The notes beneath the pieces were generated by a model, which did not search any database, was not told where the DNA came from, and saw nothing but the letters and a program-made list of their open reading frames with translations. A stretch of 37,497 nt of DNA, from the IMG/VR virus record IMGVR_UViG_3300008107_000053; one strand, 5' to 3'. How positions within the stretch are numbered: the first letter of the stretch is position 1; each line of letters opens with the position of its first letter. Shown one piece after another: positions 7,386 to 15,621 of this stretch. A program made the translations under genes and the position numbers. Source of the DNA: a virus. Taxonomy: Duplodnaviria > Heunggongvirae > Uroviricota > Caudoviricetes.

Positions 7386-8144
7386 ATGGCTCGTACAGCA
7401 GCAAAAACAAAACCTACTGACAGCGTCCAAGTAGACGCTAAACCAAAAGTCAATAATACGTTACGCATTAGGTTGGATGATATGAAAACATTCCAACCGC
7501 TAACTGAAAATCAAAGACTATTTTTTGAGGCATATAAAAGAGGAGACTATTTTGTTGCACTGCATGGAGTTGCTGGAACAGGCAAAACTTTCTGTGCATT
7601 ATACAAAGCAATCGAAGAGGTATTAGAAAAGACAAACCCCTTTAACAAAATTATTGTAGTTCGTTCCGCTGTACAATCTAGGGAAATTGGACATCTGCCT
7701 GGAGATGTGAACGAAAAGATGGAAATTTATCAGCAGCCATATCGTCAAATTTGCGAAACCTTATTTGATCGTAAGGATGCTTGGGATCGTTTAGAAGAAC
7801 AACACCATATTGAGTTTATTTCTACATCATTCATTCGTGGTATGAGTTTTGACGATGCCATTATTATTGTTGATGAGATGCAGAACTTAACGTTCGAAGA
7901 GATTGATACCGTTATGACCCGTGTCGGTTATCGATCAAAGATTATTTGGTGTGGCGATTATCGTCAGACAGACTTGAATAAAAAGAAAAGCGATGTTACT
8001 GGAATCTTAAAATTCTTTGACATTGCGCACCACATGGGAGCATTTACTCGTATAGAGTTTACACCTGATGACATTGTGAGAAGTTCTTTGGTAAAAGACT
8101 ATATTTTGGCTAAACTTAAATATGAGGATTACGCAGAAAGATGA
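7386..8144 (+). CDS. phoH: PhoH-like ATPase
   Basis: GVAGTGKT Walker A, GHLPGD, FIRGMSF, IIVDEMQN, GDYRQTD, DIVRS. Confidence 0.96.
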   Translation: MARTAAKTKPTDSVQVDAKPKVNNTLRIRLDDMKTFQPLTENQRLFFEAYKRGDYFVALHGVAGTGKTFCALYKAIEEVLEKTNPFNKIIVVRSAVQSREIGHLPGDVNEKMEIYQQPYRQICETLFDRKDAWDRLEEQHHIEFISTSFIRGMSFDDAIIIVDEMQNLTFEEIDTVMTRVGYRSKIIWCGDYRQTDLNKKKSDVTGILKFFDIAHHMGAFTRIEFTPDDIVRSSLVKDYILAKLKYEDYAER

Positions 8145-8147
8145 CAC

Positions 8148-8768
8148 ATGCTAACATCAGAACAATTCCACCACCTATTTCCAAGAAATGGTGATCCAGA
8201 TGGATGGGTAGAATCTATGAATTCCACCTTTCCATTATACGAAATTAACACCCCTCAGAGAATTGCTGCTTTTCTAGCGCAATGCGGTCATGAATCTGGG
8301 GGTTTCACTGTATTTGAAGAAAACCTAAACTATTCTGCTCAGGGATTGTGCAACATCTTTAAGAAGTATTTCCCTACTCTTGACTCTGCACAGCCATATG
8401 CACGTAAGCCAGAGATGATTGCAAATAAGGTTTATGCTAATCGTATGGGTAATGGACCAGAGTCTTCTGGAGATGGTTATAAATATAGAGGTCGCGGACC
8501 AATTCAGCTAACTGGAAAGTCTAACTATACAGCATTTGCAAAAGAAATGTTTGATAATTGGCAAGAAGTCGTTGAAAACCCAGACTGGGTTACATGGGAT
8601 AAAGACTTTGCTCTTATGTCTGCTATTTGGTTCTGGAACAAAACTGGACTAAATAAAGAAGCCGATGCTGGAGACATTAAAACCATGACGCGAAAAATCA
8701 ATGGTGGATTTATTGGTCTAGAAGATCGTATTAAACACTATAACGAAGCCATACACTTATTAACATAA
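8148..8768 (+). CDS. GH19 chitinase-like endolysin
   Basis: AFLAQCGHESG, EENLNY, RGRGPIQLTGKSNY, SAIWFW, TRKINGG. Confidence 0.93.
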   Translation: MLTSEQFHHLFPRNGDPDGWVESMNSTFPLYEINTPQRIAAFLAQCGHESGGFTVFEENLNYSAQGLCNIFKKYFPTLDSAQPYARKPEMIANKVYANRMGNGPESSGDGYKYRGRGPIQLTGKSNYTAFAKEMFDNWQEVVENPDWVTWDKDFALMSAIWFWNKTGLNKEADAGDIKTMTRKINGGFIGLEDRIKHYNEAIHLLT

Positions 8769-8773
8769 TTTAA

Positions 8774-9400
8774 ATGACAATATCTAGCACTAATATTAAT
8801 ATCGATGGTTTAAGAACCGCATTTGGTGGAGGCACTGGTGCAGTCAGCTTGAGTGAATTCTACAGAGGTGGTTTTAGAGTTGAATCGATATCAACAATGA
8901 ACTCTAATATTCCTACTTCTGGTGAAATAGGAATGGGTAGTTTTGCTAATGCTAGATATAAACAGACTGAAAGTTATACTTTAACTGTCGGTTCCTACTC
9001 TGTTTCAGACGGACAAAAATCACCTACTAACTATACTTTTACAGGATTTAATTATACTGGTGGATCACCCGCTCCAATATCAGGACCAACTCCAGGACCT
9101 TTTGGTTCTGTGTCTACTAATCCCCCTACTTTGGGTACTTACTATGGTTCATACTCTCTTGTAACCATAGCAAGAGAAACTTATGGATCTGCAAATTATT
9201 TTTATATAAACTTGTACAATTCAGGATTAGCCGCACCCCCTAATAATGATGCTGTATTCACATATATAACTGCTCCAGGTGTTGGTACATTTTATAGATC
9301 TGCTGCGACATATCGTGTAGATGGGCTCAATGGCATGTGGTATTGGAGTTCTTCTGCATCTATAACCAATGGCACCACTGGCTATGAATTATACAAATAA
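8774..9400 (+). CDS. putative tail-fibre tip/adhesin-like virion protein
   Basis: N-terminal FGGG..VSLSEFYRGG...NIPTSGEI motif seen in small phage fibre-tip proteins; G/S/T/Y-rich beta-like C-terminus. Confidence 0.6.
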   Translation: MTISSTNINIDGLRTAFGGGTGAVSLSEFYRGGFRVESISTMNSNIPTSGEIGMGSFANARYKQTESYTLTVGSYSVSDGQKSPTNYTFTGFNYTGGSPAPISGPTPGPFGSVSTNPPTLGTYYGSYSLVTIARETYGSANYFYINLYNSGLAAPPNNDAVFTYITAPGVGTFYRSAATYRVDGLNGMWYWSSSASITNGTTGYELYK

Positions 9401-9408
9401 GGAATAAC

Positions 9409-9810
9409 ATGATAGCATTCAGCATAAAAATTTTAGAAAATTATGGAGATAAGTCTTTTTTGGTAGAATATAAACCAGCAGACGAATCCTTGACGACACA
9501 CACCAATAGAATATATTTGGATATTGATGCAACTGTGACTAAAGAACAAGTTATAGAAAAACTCAAAGCAGCAGCACCATCTGATTTATGGAAACAGGAA
9601 AGTGCAAATAATTCTATGGATTTATCTCACTTAAACGATCTTAAAGAATCTGTAGTTAATGTAGAGGAAACCCCAGAAGTTATCACTCCTATAGTAACAT
9701 CAAACGAAACTCACATTTCTACACCAGAGCAAATTCGTTTATATCAAGAAGTTCAAATGGAAGCTGCAGTTCAACGTGTTTTAGCTAGATTGGTTGGAGA
9801 AAGAATATGA
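9409..9810 (+). CDS. hypothetical protein, possible fibre assembly chaperone
   Basis: AAGGA RBS; VEY...AP..W pattern; lies directly after the fibre-like gene. Confidence 0.45.
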   Translation: MIAFSIKILENYGDKSFLVEYKPADESLTTHTNRIYLDIDATVTKEQVIEKLKAAAPSDLWKQESANNSMDLSHLNDLKESVVNVEETPEVITPIVTSNETHISTPEQIRLYQEVQMEAAVQRVLARLVGERI

Positions 9811-10319
9811 CTAGTACCCCGTTTGCAATGTTTGGTAGTATCGCTCTTTTGGTTCGTATGCAACCAAGTGAGATCCGTGAAGTTACTCTTGGTGATAATG
9901 GATTAGTTACTAGTGGATTATACTATTACACTGATGGTTGTGCTAAAGTTAAAGTGAAAGAAACTGGTGAAGTTTTACAAGATAGAACACCAGGATGGTT
10001 AAATGCTGAAAATGCAAACTCTGGTGCTTCTACTGGTGGTACACTTGAGCTGACTTTCCCAGTTGAAACTGAATGGTTATGTATCCCACATGAACACAAT
10101 CCTATTGGACTTCCAGATTGCAGCAGTATAATTTTAGCTCCTGGAGAAGTTGCTTCACTGCCTCAAAACGCAAATGTCTTTCTTGTGAGAGGAACTGCTC
10201 AAATTAATGGAAAGAGTTTTATTGGACCATGGCAAATTCGTGTTAGATCTGGAGATGTTGAACTGGAAAACAACTCCAATGAAACTATATACGCTTTAAG
10301 AGTTATTAGCCCTAGATGA
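9807..10319 (+). CDS. cupin-like beta-barrel protein
   Basis: Alternating beta pattern, FLVRGTAQING-type cupin strands; ATGA coupled. Confidence 0.5.
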   Translation: MTSTPFAMFGSIALLVRMQPSEIREVTLGDNGLVTSGLYYYTDGCAKVKVKETGEVLQDRTPGWLNAENANSGASTGGTLELTFPVETEWLCIPHEHNPIGLPDCSSIILAPGEVASLPQNANVFLVRGTAQINGKSFIGPWQIRVRSGDVELENNSNETIYALRVISPR

Positions 10320-11047
10320 AAACCAAGTCTATACATAGATCATTGGGAGCTTGGTTGCTCCCAATCTTTTTTGCATTATCTGTTTATTATGCTACCATTC
10401 CCTGGATTATTGTATCTTTGTTGTTATATTTTTGGATAGCCATAACTATTACTGCTGGTTATCATAGATACTTTACGCATAATATGTATTCTTGTTCTAG
10501 ATTTTGGGAATATGCATATTCAATCACTGGATGTATAAGTATTAACTCATCTCCAGTTGAGTGGTCTTCTGTTCACATTTTACATCACAAGCATTCAGAT
10601 ACAGATAATGATCCGTATGATTCTACATATAGACATTTTTTAAGATTTAAAGATAGGATAGATATAAAGTTATCTAAACATTCATTAAAGATGTTAAGGG
10701 ATCCTCGCCATAAGTTTTTCTTTGAGCATTCCTTTAGTCTAAGTGTAATTTACCTTGTACTTGTTTGTTTATTATTTGGTATCCCTGGTTTGGTTTTTCT
10801 CTATGGATTACCAATTAGTCTTTATCTTGTAACTAGCGGTATACACACAATTACAGCGCATAAAGATAAAACTCCTAGAAATTATTGGTTTTTAGAATTC
10901 GTAATCCCAATGGCTGGAGAGTGGATACATAAAGAACATCATAATGATCCAAGAATTGTTATATTCAATCATAGACCTGAGTTTTTTGATTTGGGTGGTT
11001 TTTTTATAAAGGTGATATCTCGTGCTAAATCAACTGAAAGATCTTGA
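10316..11047 (+). CDS. membrane fatty acid desaturase (delta-9/DesC-like)
   Basis: His boxes HRYFTH, HILHH, HKEHH, plus transmembrane segments. Confidence 0.9.
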   Translation: MKTKSIHRSLGAWLLPIFFALSVYYATIPWIIVSLLLYFWIAITITAGYHRYFTHNMYSCSRFWEYAYSITGCISINSSPVEWSSVHILHHKHSDTDNDPYDSTYRHFLRFKDRIDIKLSKHSLKMLRDPRHKFFFEHSFSLSVIYLVLVCLLFGIPGLVFLYGLPISLYLVTSGIHTITAHKDKTPRNYWFLEFVIPMAGEWIHKEHHNDPRIVIFNHRPEFFDLGGFFIKVISRAKSTERS

Positions 11048-11186
11048 AGAAATTGATAAAGAACACCATGTTTTAGCTGTTTATGATAATGAACCTGAAG
11101 ATTATAACTTAACATTTAGGTTTCCTGAACAAATGATGTATAGCGTAGATCAGTTAAAAGAAATGAACGTTTTTGGTATGTTATGA
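11022..11186 (+). CDS. small acidic peptide, 54 aa (not in ORF track)
   Basis: GTG start with AAGGTG RBS; MLNQLKDLEEIDKEHHVLAVYDNEPEDYNLTFRFPEQMMYSVDQLKEMNVFGML*; ATGA overlap with 11183. Confidence 0.6.
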   Translation: MLNQLKDLEEIDKEHHVLAVYDNEPEDYNLTFRFPEQMMYSVDQLKEMNVFGML

Positions 11187-12136
11187 AGTATTATTATCAT
11201 CAAACCATTGCTCCTTCTATGACTAGCCCAGAAAAAGCAATTTTTATTCTGGATAGATCTAAATCATTATTCACTTTTGATAATTTAGAAATTTTGACTC
11301 CAATTGGAGAATTATGTCAACCAAAATCAATTGATCAACTATGTTATGAGCGAGTTCATGAAATTCTTGACGCTGCACTTGGTAAAAAAATATCTATATT
11401 TTGGAGTGGTGGTATTGATTCTACACTAATTGTATGCGAATTTTTAAAATATTGCCCAACAGATAGAATACGAATAGTTTTAACAGAAAACTCTATAAAA
11501 GAATATCCTGAGTTTTATGCAAAATACATTCACCATAAACTTGAAACTGTAGAGTATAATTTTTATGAAGACTCTGTTATAAACCAGTGTCTAATTGATA
11601 GTGTTATCGTAACAGGACATTTAACTGATCCAATGTTTGGTAGTAACATTTATCACATAATGCCAGAGTTTAGATTGAGACAAACTATTCCAGAGTTTAT
11701 TGCGAATTTAACAGAAGAATCCCAACAATATTACACTAAACTAGCTGCAGCTTGTCCAAGAGAATTAGTAGATGTTAAGGATTTATTCTGGTGGATGAAT
11801 TACACATTAGAGTATCAGGGTGAACAGTTTTGGATTCTGCTTGATACAGAAAACCTTATCATAAATAAAAACGTTTTCCATTTCTGTGACAATAAATCAT
11901 GGAATGATTATGCCATAAGCACTAGCGCAGAAGAAAAATGGTCTGGATATAATTTTGTCGATTATAAGATGTGTTTGAAAAAACAGATACAGGATTTTAC
12001 AAATGATACATATTATACCGAAAACAAAATAAAGGTTGCTTCTTGGAGAAGGTATAGAAAATTGAAAGATAGAATTAAAATGCCTTTATTCATAGATACT
12101 GAATGGAAACGTGGTTGGCGTATTTTTAGAGGATAA
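11183..12136 (+). CDS. asparagine-synthetase C-domain-like adenylating enzyme (PP-loop ATPase) without a glutaminase domain
   Basis: WSGGIDST PP-loop, VTGHLTDPMFG, terminal YKxxLKxxI motif. Confidence 0.75.
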   Translation: MKYYYHQTIAPSMTSPEKAIFILDRSKSLFTFDNLEILTPIGELCQPKSIDQLCYERVHEILDAALGKKISIFWSGGIDSTLIVCEFLKYCPTDRIRIVLTENSIKEYPEFYAKYIHHKLETVEYNFYEDSVINQCLIDSVIVTGHLTDPMFGSNIYHIMPEFRLRQTIPEFIANLTEESQQYYTKLAAACPRELVDVKDLFWWMNYTLEYQGEQFWILLDTENLIINKNVFHFCDNKSWNDYAISTSAEEKWSGYNFVDYKMCLKKQIQDFTNDTYYTENKIKVASWRRYRKLKDRIKMPLFIDTEWKRGWRIFRG

Positions 12137-12139
12137 AAC

Positions 12140-12589
12140 ATGATAACATATCAACAAGAATCTCTTTTTGAGATTTTAGACGAGATGAAAGAAATTATAA
12201 AGTTAAACTATAGAGATTTAACTTTGAATAAAGATAAAGTTCTTCTTGATCCCATTTGGGAAAGATACGAAAACTTAGAATCTACTGGAAACTTTTTCTT
12301 ATTTACTGCTAGAGATGACTTAGCTTTAGTTGGTTATGGAGCATTCTTTTTAAATAACCATATTCATTACAGGGATCTTAATGTAGCCAGCAATGACGTT
12401 CTGTATTTAAAAGAAGAATATAGAAAAGGTATGACTGGAATCAAATTGTTAAAATTCTGCGAGAATAAAATGAAAGAACTGGGTGCTGATAAAATAACTT
12501 GGCATGTTAAAAATTCCATAGATTTCACACCAATTCTTTATAGATTGGGTTACCTTGAAGAAGACAAAATTATAGGTAAATTTCTATGA
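12140..12589 (+). CDS. GNAT-family acetyltransferase
   Basis: LVGY, DVLYLKEEYRKGMTGIKLL acetyl-CoA motif A, YRLGY. Confidence 0.85.
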   Translation: MITYQQESLFEILDEMKEIIKLNYRDLTLNKDKVLLDPIWERYENLESTGNFFLFTARDDLALVGYGAFFLNNHIHYRDLNVASNDVLYLKEEYRKGMTGIKLLKFCENKMKELGADKITWHVKNSIDFTPILYRLGYLEEDKIIGKFL

Positions 12590-13218
12590 GACCAGCTAGC
12601 GACTTTTTTCTAAAATTGAATTTCAATGAAACTCAATTAAATGCTATAGTTCAAATTTATCATAAGTATTTTTATCCACACATGCCTGAGAAATATGCAG
12701 GAACTGGTGTTATTGCTTTATGGAAAACAGGTTCTACATGGGAAACAGGAAAGGGTGCTGATATTGGACATGCTCACAAAGGAATTGTATCTGAGGAGTG
12801 TCAGAATGATCCTTTATGGCAAGAGTTCTCTGATATCTTACCTTTTATGGGGCAATCTGCCACAATAACCAAAATAACACCTGGTGCTGTTATGGTTCCT
12901 CATGTTGATAGAGCTTGGAGACCAAACGCGATTTATTTTCCTATTTCTGGATGTTCTGATAGGTGTATTTCTGAATATTATAATATACCAAAATTACCAA
13001 CTAAAAACAGTCAATCTATTCAAGTTTTTCCAAAAGCAGATTATTCATTTTCTGTCAATGAGAGTGCATATTTAAATAATGTGCATGAGTGGCATAGTGT
13101 TAGAAATACTTCTAATATAGAACGAACCGCATTCGGATGGAATTTTGCTTCCCCTAACTACTCATTTGATTACTGCAAAAATGTATTAACTAAAGCTGGA
13201 TATGTACAATCCGATTAG
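12586..13218 (+). CDS. 2OG-Fe(II)/Asp-Asn beta-hydroxylase-like oxygenase
   Basis: PHVD (HxD)...WHSV...ER facial-triad pattern. Confidence 0.7.
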   Translation: MRPASDFFLKLNFNETQLNAIVQIYHKYFYPHMPEKYAGTGVIALWKTGSTWETGKGADIGHAHKGIVSEECQNDPLWQEFSDILPFMGQSATITKITPGAVMVPHVDRAWRPNAIYFPISGCSDRCISEYYNIPKLPTKNSQSIQVFPKADYSFSVNESAYLNNVHEWHSVRNTSNIERTAFGWNFASPNYSFDYCKNVLTKAGYVQSD

Positions 13219-13810
13219 AACTAATTGGTTTTACAGTTATGTTGATGTTCCAAATTTGGACAGCATAACAACAGAACTTATTAAGTTGTCTGAAGATGTT
13301 GTGCATTTGAAGCGCAGAACTAATCCATTTTATGTTAATGTTTCTGCAGAAGATGGTATAGATGCCTGCCCTACATTAAAATGCTATTTACAAGAATGTG
13401 GTATTCTTACAAAATTGAATAGGTTTCTGTTTTCTTCGAATCAAGTAACATCATCTGTTATCCATGTAGATTCATATGATCCAGCATACACTCAGTGTTC
13501 TTTAAATTTTGCTTTAAAGCACTGTGAAAATTCTTACACTGCATTTTACAAAACAAATTTGACTACATTGATAGATTCAGGTAAAATGGGACTACATGCT
13601 CCTAGTAATTTTGCTTGGACTTATGCGGGCGCTGCTGAAGAAATTGCAAGAGTAGAAGTTATACGACCTATGGTTGTAAATACTACAATATTGCATAGAG
13701 GGATAACAGACAATCCATTTAGAAGCATCTGCGGCTTGAGGTTTATCCCTGAGCTAGATGAAGAAAATTTAAAACAAATGGGAATCAAAAACCCATTTAC
13801 TCAAGAATGA
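13202..13810 (+). CDS. 2OG-Fe(II)-like oxygenase
   Basis: IHVD (HxD), SLNF, PMVVNTTILH...R..LRF. Confidence 0.65.
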   Translation: MYNPIRTNWFYSYVDVPNLDSITTELIKLSEDVVHLKRRTNPFYVNVSAEDGIDACPTLKCYLQECGILTKLNRFLFSSNQVTSSVIHVDSYDPAYTQCSLNFALKHCENSYTAFYKTNLTTLIDSGKMGLHAPSNFAWTYAGAAEEIARVEVIRPMVVNTTILHRGITDNPFRSICGLRFIPELDEENLKQMGIKNPFTQE

Positions 13811-14460
13811 AAACCTTTATACACCATGATCTACCCAAACTTGAACGCACCACTGCACCAGATGGCACACGAGTTTATAAAACACCGTCGGGTAGAGCCT
13901 ATCCATCGGTCACCACCGTTACGTCCCTACATTCAGCAAAAGGAATTGCAGAGTGGCGTCGCAGGGTTGGTAATGAAGAAGCAAACAGGGTATCCGCAAG
14001 GGCATCTGCCAGAGGAACAAGAGTTCACACCCTCTGTGAACATTACCTGCTAGGTAACAATCCTGAGCCAGATATCTTTGACGCAGAGATCTTCAATTCA
14101 ATGAAACTCTGGTTGGATGACATCGATAACATCCACTGCTTAGAAACACCGCTGTACTCTGACTTCTTAGAAGTTGCAGGAACAGTAGATTGCATTGCTG
14201 AGTTTCAAGGTAAGCTATCAGTCATAGATTTCAAGACTGCAAATAAACCCAAAGATCGGGAAGATATATATAATTACTTCATGCAAACAGCTGCATACGC
14301 AGTTGCGTTTGAAGAACGCACAGGCATTCCAATTGGTAGGCTAGTAATTATCATGGGTGTGGAGAACGATGATCCACGACTGTTTATTGAGAAGCGTGAC
14401 AACTGGATCGGTGGATTCAGAAAATTGCGTTTAGACTACAAGAATGCCCATAATATTTGA
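13807..14460 (+). CDS. PD-(D/E)XK exonuclease (T4-like phage family)
   Basis: YPSVTTV, RGTRVH, E..L...VAGTVDC, VIDFKT, YFMQTAAY. Confidence 0.9.
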   Translation: MKTFIHHDLPKLERTTAPDGTRVYKTPSGRAYPSVTTVTSLHSAKGIAEWRRRVGNEEANRVSARASARGTRVHTLCEHYLLGNNPEPDIFDAEIFNSMKLWLDDIDNIHCLETPLYSDFLEVAGTVDCIAEFQGKLSVIDFKTANKPKDREDIYNYFMQTAAYAVAFEERTGIPIGRLVIIMGVENDDPRLFIEKRDNWIGGFRKLRLDYKNAHNI

Positions 14461-14485
14461 CTTGCAAATAATTAAGGGGTATAAT
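14457..14485 (+). promoter_or_regulatory. sigma70-type promoter, probably driving the tmRNA precursor
   Basis: TTGACT-17 nt-TATAAT; the ATG at 14487 is too close to be on this transcript. Confidence 0.7.
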
Positions 14486-14486
14486 C

Positions 14487-14696
14487 ATGTTATACATTGA
14501 TTACCATTTTGATCTTTCGGATGGATACATTCTGTTTGACGAAGAATTGCATCTTGCATCACAGGAAAAGAAACCTGACCAAGTTTGGGGAACTTTACCT
14601 AATGGATGGAAAGATGGCGATATGTTTAAATTACAGATCTCTGCAAACGGTAGAGTAATGCTTGTAAAAGCAACTCAACCAAACGGAGGTTTATAA
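14487..14696 (+). CDS. small hypothetical protein
   Basis: 69-aa ORF filling the gap between the exonuclease and the tmRNA. Confidence 0.65.
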   Translation: MLYIDYHFDLSDGYILFDEELHLASQEKKPDQVWGTLPNGWKDGDMFKLQISANGRVMLVKATQPNGGL

Positions 14697-15098
14697 GGAA
14701 TTGTTGTAATCCCTTCAAAGCGAAGGACTTCTGGACGTGGGTTCGACTCCCACCACCTCCACCAATAGGACTTTTATGGAACTTATCAAGTATAGAGATT
14801 CGGGGATGAATACTTATACCTACTTTTGGATAGATAGCAAAAAGCGTTGCATCTCTCCTTACTTTGATAGTTCAACAGATGCCACTGAATGGCTAAAGAG
14901 TTTTACTGATGGGGGTGCCTTGGTTTCGACAGAGGTAGATAGTAGAGACGGCAACACGGGAATGTGAAACCCGTAGGATTGGGGAAACTCGGTCGAAGAA
15001 GCAAAACAAAGTAAATGCAAACGACTCTGTCTACGCATTAGCAGCCTAAACGCTGCTTAGGGTTTCGGTTGGTTTCCTCGTAACAGAATAACCAACCA
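14697..15098 (+). ncRNA. ssrA: circularly permuted (two-piece) tmRNA: acceptor piece about 14697-14764, coding piece 14911 to about 15098
   Basis: T-arm GTGGG-TTCGACT-CCCAC and CACCTCC-A-CCA precede GGGGGTG...TTCGAC; the acceptor stem has a G3:U pair; tag ANDSVYALAA* at 15017-15049; AGAGGT/ACTTCT helix joins the two pieces. Confidence 0.92.
14776..14967 (+). CDS. 63-aa ORF starting in the tmRNA intervening segment
   Basis: AGGA RBS 5 nt before the ATG; reads through into the tmRNA 5' end. Confidence 0.55.
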   Translation: MELIKYRDSGMNTYTYFWIDSKKRCISPYFDSSTDATEWLKSFTDGGALVSTEVDSRDGNTGM

Positions 15099-15114
15099 CT
15101 AATAAGGAAGCTAG

Positions 15115-15612
15115 ATGTTAGGTATTGTTTTAGGTAATGGTCCAAGCAAAGCTGCTTACAATCGTTCTGGTGATATCATTATCGGTTGTAACTTTCCAGG
15201 TGACCAGTTTAGTGTTGATGCTACTGTAGTATGTGATGAAGAGATTGTTTATATTTTAAAGAACAATCCAGAAGCCATAACATGCCCAATGATTATTAGC
15301 ACTAAAGTTTTTTCGAAGATGAAAGAATACAAAATTGAAGACAAGTATACCATCTTAGCTGTTTTCAAACCACAGGATTGGTTTAATGCTGCTCACTATG
15401 CAGCAAATTATCTTCTAAGTATCGGTTGTACTCAGATAGATATATGGGGATGTGATTCTATTTTTGTAGATACTACAGAATCAACCACAGACGTTCTTGT
15501 ACCTAAAGAAGACAAGAATGATATGAGGTTTATCCGAAATTGGAGAAAAGTTTGGAATGAAATTTTTGACGATAATCCAATGACACCGTTCAATGTAATG
15601 AAATACCAATAG
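15115..15612 (+). CDS. GNGPS-motif protein (GT29/CstII/MAF_flag10-like nucleotide-sugar-utilising fold)
   Basis: VLGNGPS, GCN, IDIWGCD motifs. Confidence 0.6.
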   Translation: MLGIVLGNGPSKAAYNRSGDIIIGCNFPGDQFSVDATVVCDEEIVYILKNNPEAITCPMIISTKVFSKMKEYKIEDKYTILAVFKPQDWFNAAHYAANYLLSIGCTQIDIWGCDSIFVDTTESTTDVLVPKEDKNDMRFIRNWRKVWNEIFDDNPMTPFNVMKYQ

Positions 15613-15621
15613 GAGATTAAC

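Noticed and set aside
11861-11867. Internal ATAAATA late promoter
   Set aside because: Lies mid-gene in very AT-rich sequence; a chance match is likely.
11183-12136. QueC / 7-deazaguanine DNA modification, or a canonical lasso peptide cluster
   Set aside because: Lacks the QueC C-terminal Zn-binding Cys cluster, and no folE/queD/queE/dpdA is nearby. No transglutaminase-like B protein or RRE is recognisable, and the peptide lacks the Thr(-2)/Gly1 lasso pattern.
13807-14460. Cas4 / CRISPR adaptation gene
   Set aside because: A stand-alone PD-(D/E)XK exonuclease without the four-Cys Fe-S motif; no array or other cas genes.
14730-14764. Stand-alone or truncated tRNA-Ala, or an attachment-site remnant
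   Set aside because: The missing 5' half and a tag frame are present downstream, so it is better explained as a permuted tmRNA.
14737-14775. ORF-track upstream starts (also 4221, 4945, 16449, 17396, 26047)
   Set aside because: They overlap the tmRNA T-arm, promoters or upstream genes; downstream ATGs have better RBS or promoter context.
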